DNA of 64,000 nt from Podarcis vaucheri (Eukaryota). Shown here in pieces: positions 1-13,400 of the stretch. The notes under the pieces were generated by a model. That model did no database searches. It was given only the letters and a program-made list of their open reading frames with translations, and had not been told where the DNA came from. Each line of letters opens with the position of its first letter. Position 1 is the first letter of the stretch. Position numbers and translations under genes: made by a program. Location: the NCBI GenBank assembly GCA_965113315.1, contig OZ220369.1; one strand, 5' to 3'.

Positions 1-3000
1 AAAGGGCCAGGTGGAGGGTTGCATTTGGCCTTGAGGCCTGAGCTTCCCCACTTCTGATGTAGATGCTGGCCTCTATTCAGAGGGGATATGGTTCTACAGG
101 AAGGGGGCTACCCCAGAGAAGTTCCTCCTTCTAACCACCTCTGCAAATCACCGCATGACCAGGAGGGTCTTATCCAACAATCCTAGTGAGTGGGCAGGAA
201 ACCCTCCCTGGCGTGTGGGAGGAGCATATTGCACTAGCCTTGTGCAAGCAATTCCAGTCAGTGGGGAAGAGAGGAGGCCAAAGGCCCCAGTGTGGCTCAT
301 TTACTGCCTGCTTTTATATTGACTGGTGCTTCTGTTGCCACTTAAGGATTTTACTGTATGCTTTCCATGTCAGAACCAGGAACCAGGAAACCAGAACTAG
401 GGGTGTAAAAAGCAGTAAATGAGATCTTTAAAAGACTGTTGCTGCTGGTGGTGGTGGTAGGGACCCGTCTTTATGGTATTACAAAACTTTTAAAGGCCAG
501 CTTCAATAAAACACTGTTTAAAGGCAGCTGATAACGCTGTCGTAAGGAGAATATTGCCCTTGGTTATGAAAATGGTATGCATTTCCACAGCTACTGTATA
601 ATGGACTGAGGCCAGCTGAAATAAATATACGGGGGGGGGGCAGAGGTGATGGGATGGTGGCAGCTCTGGAGCATTACCTAGATGCGCTGGAACATCAGAG
701 AAAAGTCCCAGGGATATAGAATTAGAGAGAGCAAGAAAATGCAGCTATTTGAGGGGTTTATAAGCCACAGACAGGCTACAGAGCAAGGAAAGTGAAACTA
801 GGGAAGAATTACCGTAGTTGGGTTATAAGCAGATATAAAGGTTAGTAATCCCAGTGGCAAGCCAGGAGAGCAAAAAGGAGAAGACAAAGTGTAGGCAAGG
901 AAACCACTACCTTTGAGAAAATCTTCGGAGCTATAGGCAGGAAAGGCTATGCTAAGAAAAGCAGGCTAGCACACAAGTCCTGATATAATATTGGTGCCTA
1001 AGCTCAACTGGTGAAAGTCCCACCAGGTGGTCCCTAACAAAAAGAGACAACCTGCAGCTCCAAGGCTCCTGGGGACCTTAAGGAATACAATTATGACAGC
1101 AGTCTTTCTAAATATGATACCCTCCACATGTTTTGGACTACAACTCCCATGCTGGCTGGAACTTAGTAGTCCAAAGCATTGGGAGGGCACAAGTTTTGGG
1201 AAAGCTGGTCCTAGCTGTTCTAGGAAAATAGGGAAGGGAAATAGGGACTTTGGGGAAATAAAGGATAAGTGGGTGGCAAGACAGAAGGAGGGGGAGAGAG
1301 TGAGAGAGAAGCACTTCTGGACACCTGAAAGGTATAGCACTAGCATCGGTTTTTGTACTTGACCAATTCAAAATTTAATTGCATAAATTATTTCCTGGCT
1401 AGTGTGACACACCAACGGTAAAGGCACTTCCACATGTTGCACCTCAAAGTTAGAACACTAGCAGGGCTTTCAGTGTGGGTGCCACTGTTCTGTGGAACAG
1501 CATTTTTGTTGAGAGGCAACAGGGGCTCACTATCTGCACTTTTCCAGAAACTGGTGATATTTTTATTCTGACAAGCCTTCCCACCTGGATGAATACATCT
1601 CTGCCACAAGTGTCCATTTTGTATTTTTTAAAAAAAATATATTTGTTTTATTCTGTATATTACCAAGATATATGTTTCATATATACCATTTACAGATATG
1701 GAAGGCAATACAATAATAATAATAATGACAAATGGGAATAGTGCTGGTAGGCTGAATTTGGATTCCCTTGGTCTGAGGGTCCCCACACCTGCTTTAATTC
1801 CTCCCTCAGTGAAGGTTAAAAGACTGCTAAGGATCGTAAAATGGAAGCAGCATTTTGTGTAAACGCATCTCTATTCCTGGAAGGCTCTTGACCGTTCATC
1901 ACAAAAGAACTGACACCCCACTCTTCGCGTCAAGTTCTAGCAATAGAGAACACACAGTACTGTAGTAGGTGATCTCCATAGATGTAGCGTTTTTATAAAA
2001 AAGAAAAAAAACACTGTACACAGAACTATAGCAGCAGCTCTTTGGGTTCTGCACAAAGGCATTGTTAGCTTTGTCTCACAAGTCCACCACTGTCCTTCCT
2101 CTAAGGATGCCACGAGGGGAAAAGGCGGCAACACAACAAAGGCCCTGCCAAGCTTAGCAACAAGTCAGGAAGTGCCAGCATGGCCTGGGGTCACCGGAGC
2201 AGTTGACAGATGCACATTATTTTCCAGTTACTATTGGAAAATAATCAACTGCCTCGCTCCAGCTAGTGGTATATTAAGGAAACACCTGCTTATTCTCTCC
2301 CCCCCCTCACAATTTGATTAAAATAACGACTGGCTTAAATTGTTAATTGGCTCATCCCAATTAATTTCCTGCCTTTTGTATGACATGCATGCACTGTTTC
2401 CATCATAAGGCAAACATTCAAGTTGCTCTTGGTTTTATCTTATATGTACTTGCTAATAATTATACAAATAGGATTGTAATGTTTTTGAAAAGCAATTAAA
2501 ATGGAAGAGAGGAAACTTTTCCTATTCTGAATCAGGTCATTGGTCCATCTAGTTTAGTACTGTTTACACTAGGTGTGGGGGACCTTTGGCCCTCCAAATG
2601 TTGCTGAACTATCAGCCTCAGTGAGTATGGCACATTTCCCTTACCTGCTTAACAATTTAGAATAATTTGAGGTTTTTAATGATAAAAAGTGATGTCTAAC
2701 AGTCCAGTCCTGATCCTCATCAGCATGTTGAATTGAAATGGGTGTGTGGAGCAGGGTTAGAAACATACAAGACTGGCATCCCTCATGGGAATGTCACTAA
2801 TCTAAGACATTGTAAAATATTCCACAACAAAGATTAAAATGGCATTAAAAATGGACTCTCTAAACAGCTTTCAGGAGAAAGTAACGTCAGCAGTGTTAGA
2901 ATGGCATCAAGTTGTTTTATTGTGCGTGCTGTAGCATTTGTTTCTTTCTCTCAGTTACACAGTTTTTGTGTGTATGTCTAAGCTTAAGAACAAGCGATCG

Positions 3001-4169
3001 AGGACGAAGAGGAAAGCTGGGGAAAAATGCAGCCTCCCAAAGTGCGGAGGAGGCTGAGAAAAAGGGCAACAAAAATGAAAAGCCTTCTGAATGAAGGCAG
3101 ATTGGAAAGATTGGATTTGTTTCTTTTAGAAAGAACAAGTGGGGTGGAGAGAAGAATGGCATGAAGAAAACTGATTATCTCCTACAATCATGGGAACATT
3201 TTCAGAAAATGAATAATGGCAAAATTCACAACTGATAAGAAGAAATATTTTCCCTGTGGTACTTAACTGGAATGCAGTAGATTCATGGCTGTGTTGGGTG
3301 TAATTGAGGCCAAGGATTTGGTGAGGAAAAAGTAGATTCCAGAATGGCAAGAATCAAGACAGCTAGGAGACTTAACACATTCACATTTTGGATGGTTTGC
3401 ATACCCACACGAACTTTTTCTGTACTCTGGAACTGAACTAGAAGTGCAGGAAATTAGGCAAAGGAGGTGCCTCTTGTCACACACAGAAAGTATGTGTGTG
3501 CACATGTGACTCAACCATACAGAGTATGTGGTCTGTAGTCATCTCCTGTCTGCGGTTTAAACAGACGAGGGCTGGCATAGCTGATGTCCTGGGGGAAGTT
3601 GGAATGCACATCCCCCTCACTTTCTCCAAAAGCCACTTCCTTCACCTGACAAGTGGTGGTGCTCATGATAGGAAACCTGTCTATATCCCTATTCTTGGCC
3701 AGACCCAATAGGATGGTTTGGACCTGATTTAATAATACTTGCATACCAAAGTAAACAATAGTATACAGTTGTTTTTCAGTGTTTGCACTACTCTTATTTC
3801 TTTAAAAATAATTTACATACTGCTTGTCATTTCAAAAATCTTTGAGCAGTTTACTGTGAAAAACAAGCAATATATTAAAACAAAACCACAACCTGAAACC
3901 AGTTAATCTGAAATATAAAAATACAGAAAGCATATAAAGAGAAAATAAAACAGAAATCCAGAAGATTCAGCCATGTAGAACAGGGTCAAAAACATAAAAC
4001 AATCACTGGTGATGGTGGAAGAGAAGTGACTCTCTGAAAGAGTGTTTCAGAATATGGAGTCAACAACCGTCATGTTGTTTACCTGCATGAAGTATTACTC
4101 AAACCCAGTATGACAACTTCCACCTTCTTGATAGCTTGCCTGCATTTTTCAAAGTATCACCTGTCTCCA

Positions 4170-4530
4170 GTTAGGCCTCTCTATACATAAAGATCTTTAG
4201 TGAAGGGCCATTCTCCAGGTTCTCTCTGCTGCGGTGTGATGGGTGGCTCTTGAGGAAAGGGCCTTCTCAGTGGTGGAGCCTTAGTTGCTGAAGGTCTCTC
4301 CAGAGAGGCTCACCTGTGAGTCATCTGGATGTCAGTTTAGCACCAAATACCTTTTTGTTTTCCATGACCTTTTAATGTTAGGCTATCTTATGTCTACTGA
4401 TGGTTTTATGCTTTTGTTTTATTGCTTTTGCTGCCTTCTCTAAGTTATTTTAGGTTATAGGTTCACGTGTTTTATTGTACAGTACAGTATTCTGATATTT
4501 GACTGTAGTCCACTCAAGGGCAGGGTAAGC
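4170..4530 (+). mobile_element. Old L2-type LINE 3' fragment
   Basis: AGGGCCTTCTCAGTGGTGGAGCC motif shared with the younger L2 copies, followed by a T-rich 3'UTR-like tract; degraded, ends approximate. Confidence 0.5.
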
Positions 4531-5439
4531 TAATATGTAATCAATATGTTACTATTACTCCTTTACGTAGGCAACACACTGAGGAGATACACCTGGCTTT
4601 CCCCACTGTGAACTAATTGGGAGAGCCCCCCTTAATTATCCTATGGCTTCCGTGGTACAAGAGGGAACAGAAAACTCATAATTGTACATTCTCATTCTCA
4701 AGAACTTGCCTACTGAGAGTGGCGCCTCTGCACCTATTCCCTCTAGTGCTTGCACTTCACCTCCTATCATTTTATAGTCTCCATGTTTCCTTATAGGGTA
4801 CACCTTTGCATACACAATGGCAGAGGCTGAAGCCCCAGGGGGTTTTTTTTGTTTTGTTTTTAAAATTATAAGGACCTGAGATTCAGAAGGCAGGGGCAAG
4901 CAGAAGCCATTCTATGAACACATTGCACTATAAGGCCTTTTAAGCCCAGTGCAGCAACAGATCTCCGTGGTTTCCAACGGGAGTGGACTTTCCCAGTAAC
5001 TTGCTACTTATGATTTTTTAACTGGGACTTCAGCCTCTGTCCTTGTGCATGCCTGCCACGGAGCAACCTTCCTTCACCGAAAACAGCCTTGTGGCACCTT
5101 AAAGATTGATGGACTAGTGGAGCACAAATGGTCAGACAGCACAGCCTGCAAAAGCTTCTGCCATAATAAATGTGATATAGAACCATTCAAGGCAAGGGTG
5201 CTCAAAATCAAAGGGAACTCAAGACATTCGGTGTTCGGCGGTGGCGTAGCTGTTTTCCCCCTGTAGCCTGGAAAAGGGCAATAGTACCCTTCTGAAAACT
5301 GACGCAGAAGTTGACCTCTTAATTCTTCCTCTCCTTAAATATTTCTGCCCCCATCTTTTGGTCAGTAGATGCGAAATAAATACAACGCACCAGTGATCAA
5401 GCACGTCAGTTAAAACAAAAGTAGCAATTACAAAAAAAA

Positions 5440-6620
5440 GGCCGGCGACGACGGCACAGCCTACAGCTCCTCACTCTTCCTAAGAGATTGCTTTGGCTCT
5501 TTGCTCTTCCCCCGAGCTGAAAAGGAAGCTGTACAGCCACCTCCCTCCACTCTGACAAAGAGGCCTCTCTCTCGCGAATATCCCCTGTAGCGCAGGCGCA
5601 GAAACCACCCTCGAATCGACTGCGCGAGGCCCCTGTCCATACAAGAACTGGCACATGCGCATTAAAGCCGCCTCTGGTTCGTTTACGCGAGAGGCTCGCA
5701 TGCGTCGACGGCTTGAGGGCACTTGTTTGCCGAGCACGGCGCAAACGCTCACAACGTCCATTTTGCGTCGCCTGTTGCCGCTGCCCCGCCGTCCCCCCTC
5801 CCGCCCGCGGTCTGAGGCCTTGCGCATGCGCCTCCTTTTCCCGTTGGTTTTTGTGTTTTCCTCTCTTTTTCACCGTCGCCGTGGCTCGAGAGCCGGGCGA
5901 CGCATGCGCAATGTCAACGGAGAGGGGGCGGTCCTGCTGGGCGACAGGCACCGAATTCCTGTCAGGAGCGGCGGTGGCTGAATAAGAGCCCGGCCCGCGC
6001 CTCCTCTGTCCCTGGTCCCGCCTCTCGCCGCCGCAGCACAGCCCCCTCCGCTCCCCTTGCCTGTGGTCAGCAGCCGCTGCGGCGTCCATCCGTCCGTGCC
6101 CCCCCACCGCCGCCCCCCCGTCCCGCCCCCCCACCGCCGCCACCTCCCCCCGGCCGGGCCGCGGAGCTGCGATGCCCTCGGACTTCATCTCTCTCCTCAG
6201 CGCCGACCTCGACCTCGAGTCCCCTAAGTCCCTCTACTCCAAGGGTGAGTCTCTGGTGGGCCTCGGGGGGGGGGGCCGGGGGAGGAAAAGAGCGCCGCCG
6301 CGTTGCATCGACGACTCTGGACTCCGGAGCGGCCTCCTCGCTCGCTCGCTCACCGTTGTTTCTCAGGAATTTGTCCCGGCCCTGTGGGGCGTGTGCGAGA
6401 AGGAGGCCGCTCGGGAGGGACGGGGAGGGGCTGCTGCCCCCCCCCCGCTCGACCAAGGTGAGGAAGGGGCGCAGTCGCCGTTAATAAGGTCACTTTTCGG
6501 GTGGGGGCGGAGCTGCGCTCTACACGTGCTCAGAGGCAGTGCCCCCTACTTTCATTCGCTGTCTATCAATTACCAGATTAGCATCCTTTTTGGCGGCGGT
6601 GGCGGTTCACAAGTAAGGTC
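5440..6620. promoter_or_regulatory. NFAT5: CpG island / TATA-less NFAT5 promoter with NRF1-like sites (5589, 5650, 5695, 5821, 5899), TCGCGA-type sites (5570, 5683), a YY1-like CCATTTTG (5758) and GC boxes
   Basis: Abrupt rise in GC and CpG density around the first exon; repeated GCGCATGCGC-like palindromes are visible directly. The TSS is probably near 5950 (inference). Confidence 0.9.
6172..6244 (+). CDS. NFAT5: NFAT5 coding exon 1 (73 nt), [24 protein letters not shown], includes the N-terminal leucine-rich NES
   Basis: ATG at 6172; donor AAGG|GTGAGT at 6245; phase 1. Confidence 0.96.
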
Positions 6621-9600
6621 CAAAACCCTCATGTTTCGTTGAACCGAGAGAGTGTTTCTAAATAGGGCCCCGTTCTGAAAGTGTCGCTTTTATTCTTCTG
6701 AATTTCCCATCTTCTTCCGTTCCTTCCTGCCATCAGTAGGTCTGTTTACCAGCCTGTTAGGTTTCTATCCTACCTTTCTTTTAAGGAGCTCAAGGCACCC
6801 TACATGGCCTTCCCCTCTCCATTTTATCCTTTCAACTGCCCCAAAGATGCTTGAAGAGTTCCATGGCTGAATGTAGGTTGATGCTGCCTCTCCTTGTTCC
6901 TACTTCTGTAGATGAACAAATTGTGAAAAACAAATGATCATGTGTCTGTCGCAGCCAGCTATGGTATTGGGCCCAGTGTAGAATGCCACAGAGAGTTGGC
7001 CTGAAAATGCAGGAGTTAAGTGGGGAAGTCGTGTATGTTGGCCTCCTAGGAGGAAAGAGATAGAAATGGTAGATTTTTTCTTTTCCCTCACCTTGATCCT
7101 GGTAACCCCTTGGTTCATCTTCTGAAGGAGCTCCAACAGGGAGAAAACGTGAAGCAAACATTGAAGCAAGGGTAGCAACCCTGTAAAATATTTTGCCCTC
7201 AAAATAATGGCCAGGGTCAATTAGCTTGCCACACTGCCCTCCCTCCTTTACACCTATCACACAAGAGACACAAAGAGAGAATTCAAAGGAAAACAGCAGT
7301 GTACTTATGGAAGTCCAGCAGGTTGTTTTAACATGGTATGAGAAAAATATATTATGTTAAAGTTCAGCTTGTACAACTAGATCATGACTTTTTAAAAATG
7401 TAAAAATATTGCAGTTGCCTCAAAGCAAGCATTATAAACTCCTGAAACAGAGGGTTGATTCAACTCAATTTCTCATTTTCTGCACAAAATGCAGGAGTTA
7501 TTTCCATTCATGCCCCCAAGGAAAATTGGTCAGACTCTCCAATGGTCTTGTGAAATCTAGAGCGACAAAATAGGTTTGTTGGGTATTCAGACCAATGTTT
7601 CAGGTTTACTCAGTATATTTCTTCACAGCATTTCTTGCACTGTTAGACTAATATCTGAATGGGCCCCCAAGGCTAAAATAAATCAGTGTAATGAAAATAT
7701 GGAGCCAGGGCAGCCAATTGCCCACTTGTATTCCTATAGGCATTACTGTTATATTTATATGATGGGTTTTTGTCCACTTAAATGTTCACTTAAACTGTGG
7801 GTTTTCAACATGTGATTTGACACTTTTTTGTTCCGTTTTCGCAAAAGGGCAGGTCTGTGGTTCTTAAAATATGTGCAAGGGTATGGGCAGTTGCTGAGGT
7901 TGTCTGAGTGGGATTACAAAAGTTCTAATAATCCCTGCTTTCAGAGAAATGCAGCAGCTGTGTGAGTTATTGATTGACTTTTGCATTGAAGGGAAAAGAA
8001 GCATGACAAGTCTTTGAATGAACTTTTTATTAAGCTTTCCTTGGCTTCCTCAGCAGGATGGGATTTCTCCTGTTTTCTAGTATGAGAAGTAGGAACTATA
8101 GTTGGGCTTCCCTTGGCCTTGTCAATATTTGGAGCTTGTAGCGTGTTGGATGTGTCAACTGCTCCTTTAGCCAGGGCTGGCCTTGAAGATTCATTTCTGT
8201 GTGGATGACAGTGAACACAGTGATTGTTAGATTGTGGAAGAACACTGGGGCCCAGGGACAGCAGATGCAGTTCTTGTTTGTGCTCTCCCGCTTTTTGGTA
8301 ATAAACTAGAGGCATATGATTGAGGGGGATAGAAGAAAATTACTGAAAATATGGCCTAGTTAGTAATACTGACTTTTGTTGTCAAAATATGTCAAAAGTC
8401 TGTGTAAAATTTAGATTAGGAAAAGTATCTAAAGCCTTTGATTATAACCAGTGCTTATTTTGTTTTCAATTTTCGTTCAATGTATAAACAAAAAAATTAG
8501 TCATGGCTAGAAAAGAAAGGATTGAACATTCTGAAAGTGCTCAGATGAGAATGATTTCTTATGAAAAACTAGTTTTGGACAGGACAGTGGTAAATACTAA
8601 TCCTGTCTCTCCTCTTCCCAGACCCAGCAGTATAATACAGTATAATACAATCATATACATTTCCCATTGAAAGTCACATCATGTTCAATTGAGCTTACTC
8701 CCAAGAAAGTAGGTATAGAACTGCAGCTCAAAGTAGTGAAATTGGCAGTGGAATAGTGTACACTATCTAACTCTAGCTAATATGTTAACATTTTTATATA
8801 CCTATTCAGAAACTAAAGAATAGGTTTGTTCTTTACTATGACAAAATAGGTATTTATTTATTTCAGAGTTTTAATATCCACCTTCTTCCAGAGCAGAGCT
8901 CAGGGCAGCTTGCAACACAAAATAAAGTATAAACATGAATATAGGAAAATTATGCAAGACAAAACCATTCTAAAAACAACACTAAACTTCAAGTACAACT
9001 CACACAAATATCAAGTTCCAAAGACTTGGACAAATGGGTTTTTACCTGCTGTTTCAAAGTAGCTGATGTGAAAGATTGTTGTATCTCTGCAATTCTATTA
9101 TCTCAATTGAGAGGGGTTCCATAAATCATAGAATGTAGAGTTGGAAGGGACCCTGAGGGTCATCTAGTCTAACCTCCTGCAATACAGGAATCTTTTGTTC
9201 AGCATGGGGCTCTATCCCACAACCCACCAGGGCTTTTTTTCCAGGGGGAACTCACAGGAAGTCAGTTCCGGCAGCTCTCTGGTGGGCACCATTGTCATTC
9301 CAAGATAAAAGGAGAGGTGTTCATGGTGAGTTTTGGCACCTCTTTTTCTAGGAAAATAGCACTGGTTGGGATCATGATCAGAGACTCTACACCAGACCTT
9401 AATGCTTGGTGCTACTTAGCACTACTGTCCCAATGTTATTGGTTTTACCAAAGAGTAGAAGTAACATTGGATACAACCTACTGTGGCTCAAAACTGCAGA
9501 GCAGTCACTCAAAATAAAAGTGAACTTTGTCATCAAAGATAACTTAGCAACACTGGAAGCATATGAATCTATTATCTCAAACTATTTAGAAGGAGAAACT

Positions 9601-10433
9601 TTAAATCCTATTTGCAGACTGTAAAGTGATGGAAATTGTTTATGAATCAGATGACTGATTTTCAGTGACTTAAATTTACATATTACCAACCCTTCATAAA
9701 GAGCCTTGTTATTTACTTTCATTTTTTATCCTTGCTGTTTTTATAGTAACACATCAGAAAAGTTGCTTTAAGTAATGAACAAATTAAAATAACCTCCTAC
9801 CAATTAATCATGTAATGCTTTAGCTAATTGATCTACCCATTAAAGATGACTTCCTAAACTAAACTAAGATAAAACATTTTACGCTACAGTCACCGATTCT
9901 GTCATATCTGAATCTTCACCAAGGAAAGGTTTCCTTGAGTTATCTGAGAGTTGTGAACATCACTTAATCTAAAATTGTGTGATATTTGTGGGTTTTTCCT
10001 TTGCGTATTTATATTTCACCCTTGCTGTGGCAAATTGAGTGCAGTTTCTAAAAGATCTTGGCAATTCAGTTGTTGTTTTTGTGGAGTCAAATCTTTGTAC
10101 TTATTATAGCAGGAGGGTTGCAGGCTCCTGATAAGGGTCAAAAGAGATGTGGCAGTAAGCCAAGACAAGAAATTGCTTTGATTGGAATGTGTTTGCCTTG
10201 TCTGTAATAGTAGAAAGTAAACTAAACTATGTGTATAGTGCTATGTTTTACGCTTGGTGTTATTAGATGGATATACTGTAATTATTATTATTATTTATTA
10301 TTTAATGCTATATGCCTGCAGTGTATTAATTTACTGTACCCAGGAAACTTAGTGTGATCTTCTGCATGCTTACTCCGCAGTAAGTCCCACCGTGTCTCAT
10401 AGAATTGCTGCCTTGGTATATGTGTCAGCTGTT

Positions 10434-10467
<34 letters not shown>

Positions 10468-13400
10468 ACTCTTATGCAGTGGCAACAGTTCCTAGTAACT
10501 TCATTGGTTCTTGCTGTTTCAGTCATGGTTATTGTAGTTGTGGTTTGAAATCTACCATTGTCATTCTAGAGTAATTGCTTTCGTTGGTCTTTTGCATAGG
10601 TCTTAGAATCATAGAATTGTAGAGTTGGAAGTGACCCTGAGGGTCATCTAGTCAAACCCCCTGCAGTGCAGGAATCTCAACTAAAGCATCCATGACAGAT
10701 GACCACCCAACCACTGCTTAAAAGCCTCCAATGAAGGAGAGTCCACCTCCTTTTGAAGGAGTCCTTTCCACTGTCAAACAGCTCTTCCTGATGTTTAGTT
10801 CAGATCTCCTTTCTTGTAACTTGAATCCATTGGACTGGGTCCTAGCCTCTGGAACAGGAGAAAACAAGCTTGCTCCATCTTCCATGTGACAGCCCATTAG
10901 ATACTTGAAAATGGCTATCATATCTCCTCAGTCTCTTCTTTTCTGGTGAATAACTATTTGCTTATTTTGAGGCATTTTAGAATGTTCTCTTACTTTTTTC
11001 TTTTTAAAAGTGTGCTGATTTATAATGATTATAAATGTCAGCGGTCTTTATTTTATTTTAAACCTGTTGTAGTCTAAGCAGTTATTTTTCAGTTCTTGTT
11101 GGCTAGACCAGCATTTTCCAAATGAGGTCCCCTTCCAACCTTGTTTCCTTCCTGTGCCCCCACAATAAGTTTTTTTTTAAAAAAAATCACTACAAATATG
11201 ATGTTCTGCCCCCCCCCGACAAATCCTAGAAAGGTAGCTATTTAAATGTTTTGTTTGTGAATAGAACATGTTTTATTTATATTTTTTTACAAAATACAAT
11301 TACATAAAATGATAGGAACATAATGAAATATTGTTGAAGGAGAAAAACATAGAATCATAGAGCTGGAAGGGACCCCAGGGTCATCTTTCTAGTGCAACTC
11401 CATGCAATATAGGAATCGCCTCTAAAGCATCCATGACAGATGGCCATGCATCCTCTGCTTAGAAACCTCCAAGGAAGGAGAGTCCAGAACATCCCAAGGG
11501 AGATCCATCTTCCATGTATTACAAAAATAAGCAACACTTATTTGACCCCAGTTATTTGACACAGAGGGGGAAACCTATAGATACAGTTCAAAAGGAACAC
11601 AAGGAGTGCTGTATATACAGTAAGGCCCACTGAACTCAGTATGGCTTTCTTCTGAGTAGACGCTTAGTTATTTACTAGATGCAAGTCAGTAGCACCAGAT
11701 GACCCCGCTGGGCTAGGCATTGGGGTGGATTTCACCCTGCACCTTGCAGAGCCATGCCAACGCTGCCGACAGGCCCTGTACCCCTCAACAGCATCTAAAG
11801 GCCCTGATCCACTAGGCGCTGGGGTGGATTGCACCCTGCACCTTGCAGAGTCAGGCCCAAGCTGCCACTGGGCCCAGCACTGGCAGCAGCAACAGTCAGC
11901 TCCGGGCTCGCCCAGTCTTACCCATTGCCACTCCACCACTGCAGTTATCTGACCTGGGGGTTCTGGATCACGGGCTCTACTGGTGTAAATGGGAGCCTCA
12001 GCGATCGTCCTCTCCTGCTGGAAACAAACCAGGACATGCACGTGGCAAAAAGGAGTGTTAGGTCCTGGTGGGGCACCCACATACCCGCTTGTGATTGGCC
12101 AAGCAGATAGCCAGCCAATCAGATTTTTAAAAATGACCCCCCCTCACTTCTCACTTTCCTCTGTGGCCCCCTAGCCTCATGGTGTGGCCCCCTTTATGTG
12201 ATTTTCACCTGTGGCCCCCCAAAATATCCTGGGGAGTCCCAGTGGGCCATGTAGCCCCCAGTTAGAAAAAACTGGGCTAGACTGTTTTCAATTAGCAAAC
12301 ATTATAATATTCTTACACTTTACTGTTTCTTCATTGTACTGTCTTCATTAACAGCCATTTCACCTGCACCCAGCAAGTGAAAAGTGACACAGCCAACTGG
12401 CTGGGGCCAAGTATAACTTGGCTCCCCCTGTCTTAGAACTGTCTCCTGTAGGGAACATTCCACCTAATCTTTATGACAATTCTAAAACTGTATGTAAGAA
12501 TTGTTTCTAAATTTGCTTATTTTTCTCCTCTCTTCCAATGATTTTTGTTATCATGTCTGTTAATTATAAACCTATAGGCAGAGCCTATGCTTTTTGATTT
12601 TTGTACAGTGTCTAGAATTTTAGGTGCTTTTAAATAAGAATTGTAATAAAACACAGGATTCTGAATATACATGAATTATTATTTTCAACGATCAATCATT
12701 TAACTAAACGGTTTTCTGAGTCCATGCTGCAGCTTTTGTATTAGTCAAGTCTTGAGATAATAAAACTTACTGATTTCAAATCTGCTAAGGAGTATGACAG
12801 CTGCATCACAAGGTGGATGACAGGCTTCATTCTCCCCTGCAGTAACACTAGAAATCAGAGTAATCTCTTCTTACTTGTAAAGTTTAAACTCTTAAAATTT
12901 TAGAAGAGTTGTAACATCTTCATTACTTTTATACAGAATATTTATGTTCATTAGCAGGGGTGATGGGTACTTGCAAATACCCATAGAAACAAAGATCTGT
13001 ATATGTACGTATATGTATACTGTTATATACAGTATGTACAGGGATACAAGTTTTCATAATGTATTTTTGGGGGTCTCCGGGGAAATTTTAAGAAGAAAAC
13101 TTAATAGAAGAAGAAAAAAAAAGATCTGTTCATTCTTGTAATTGCTTATAAATTGTAGCTCCCAGGCAAGTACTTCACGAATTTTCCTTAATTATAATAG
13201 TTGAAGTAAAGAGAGAGTGAGTGCTAACATTGCCTTGATCTTGTTTATCCTCTTAGTCAACTTTGACATATTTGGTATATTGAAGTGAATTCATTGCAGG
13301 CTGTAGCTAGCATATTGTAGCTCTCCTATATTCTAAATTGCTTACAGGGTGTGTTAAGAATGATTACATTTGAGAGGTCTATAGATCTTGCCTCTGCTGT

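Noticed and set aside
640-1371. Purine-rich stretch with 77-126 aa ORFs upstream of NFAT5
   Set aside because: No recognisable domain or splice structure; possibly an old retroelement remnant but I cannot support a call.
5406-6642. Long overlapping ORFs in the CpG island (e.g. 260 aa on the - strand)
   Set aside because: Low-complexity R/G/A/P translations are expected where high GC depletes stops; only 6172-6244 matches a real protein and has a splice donor.
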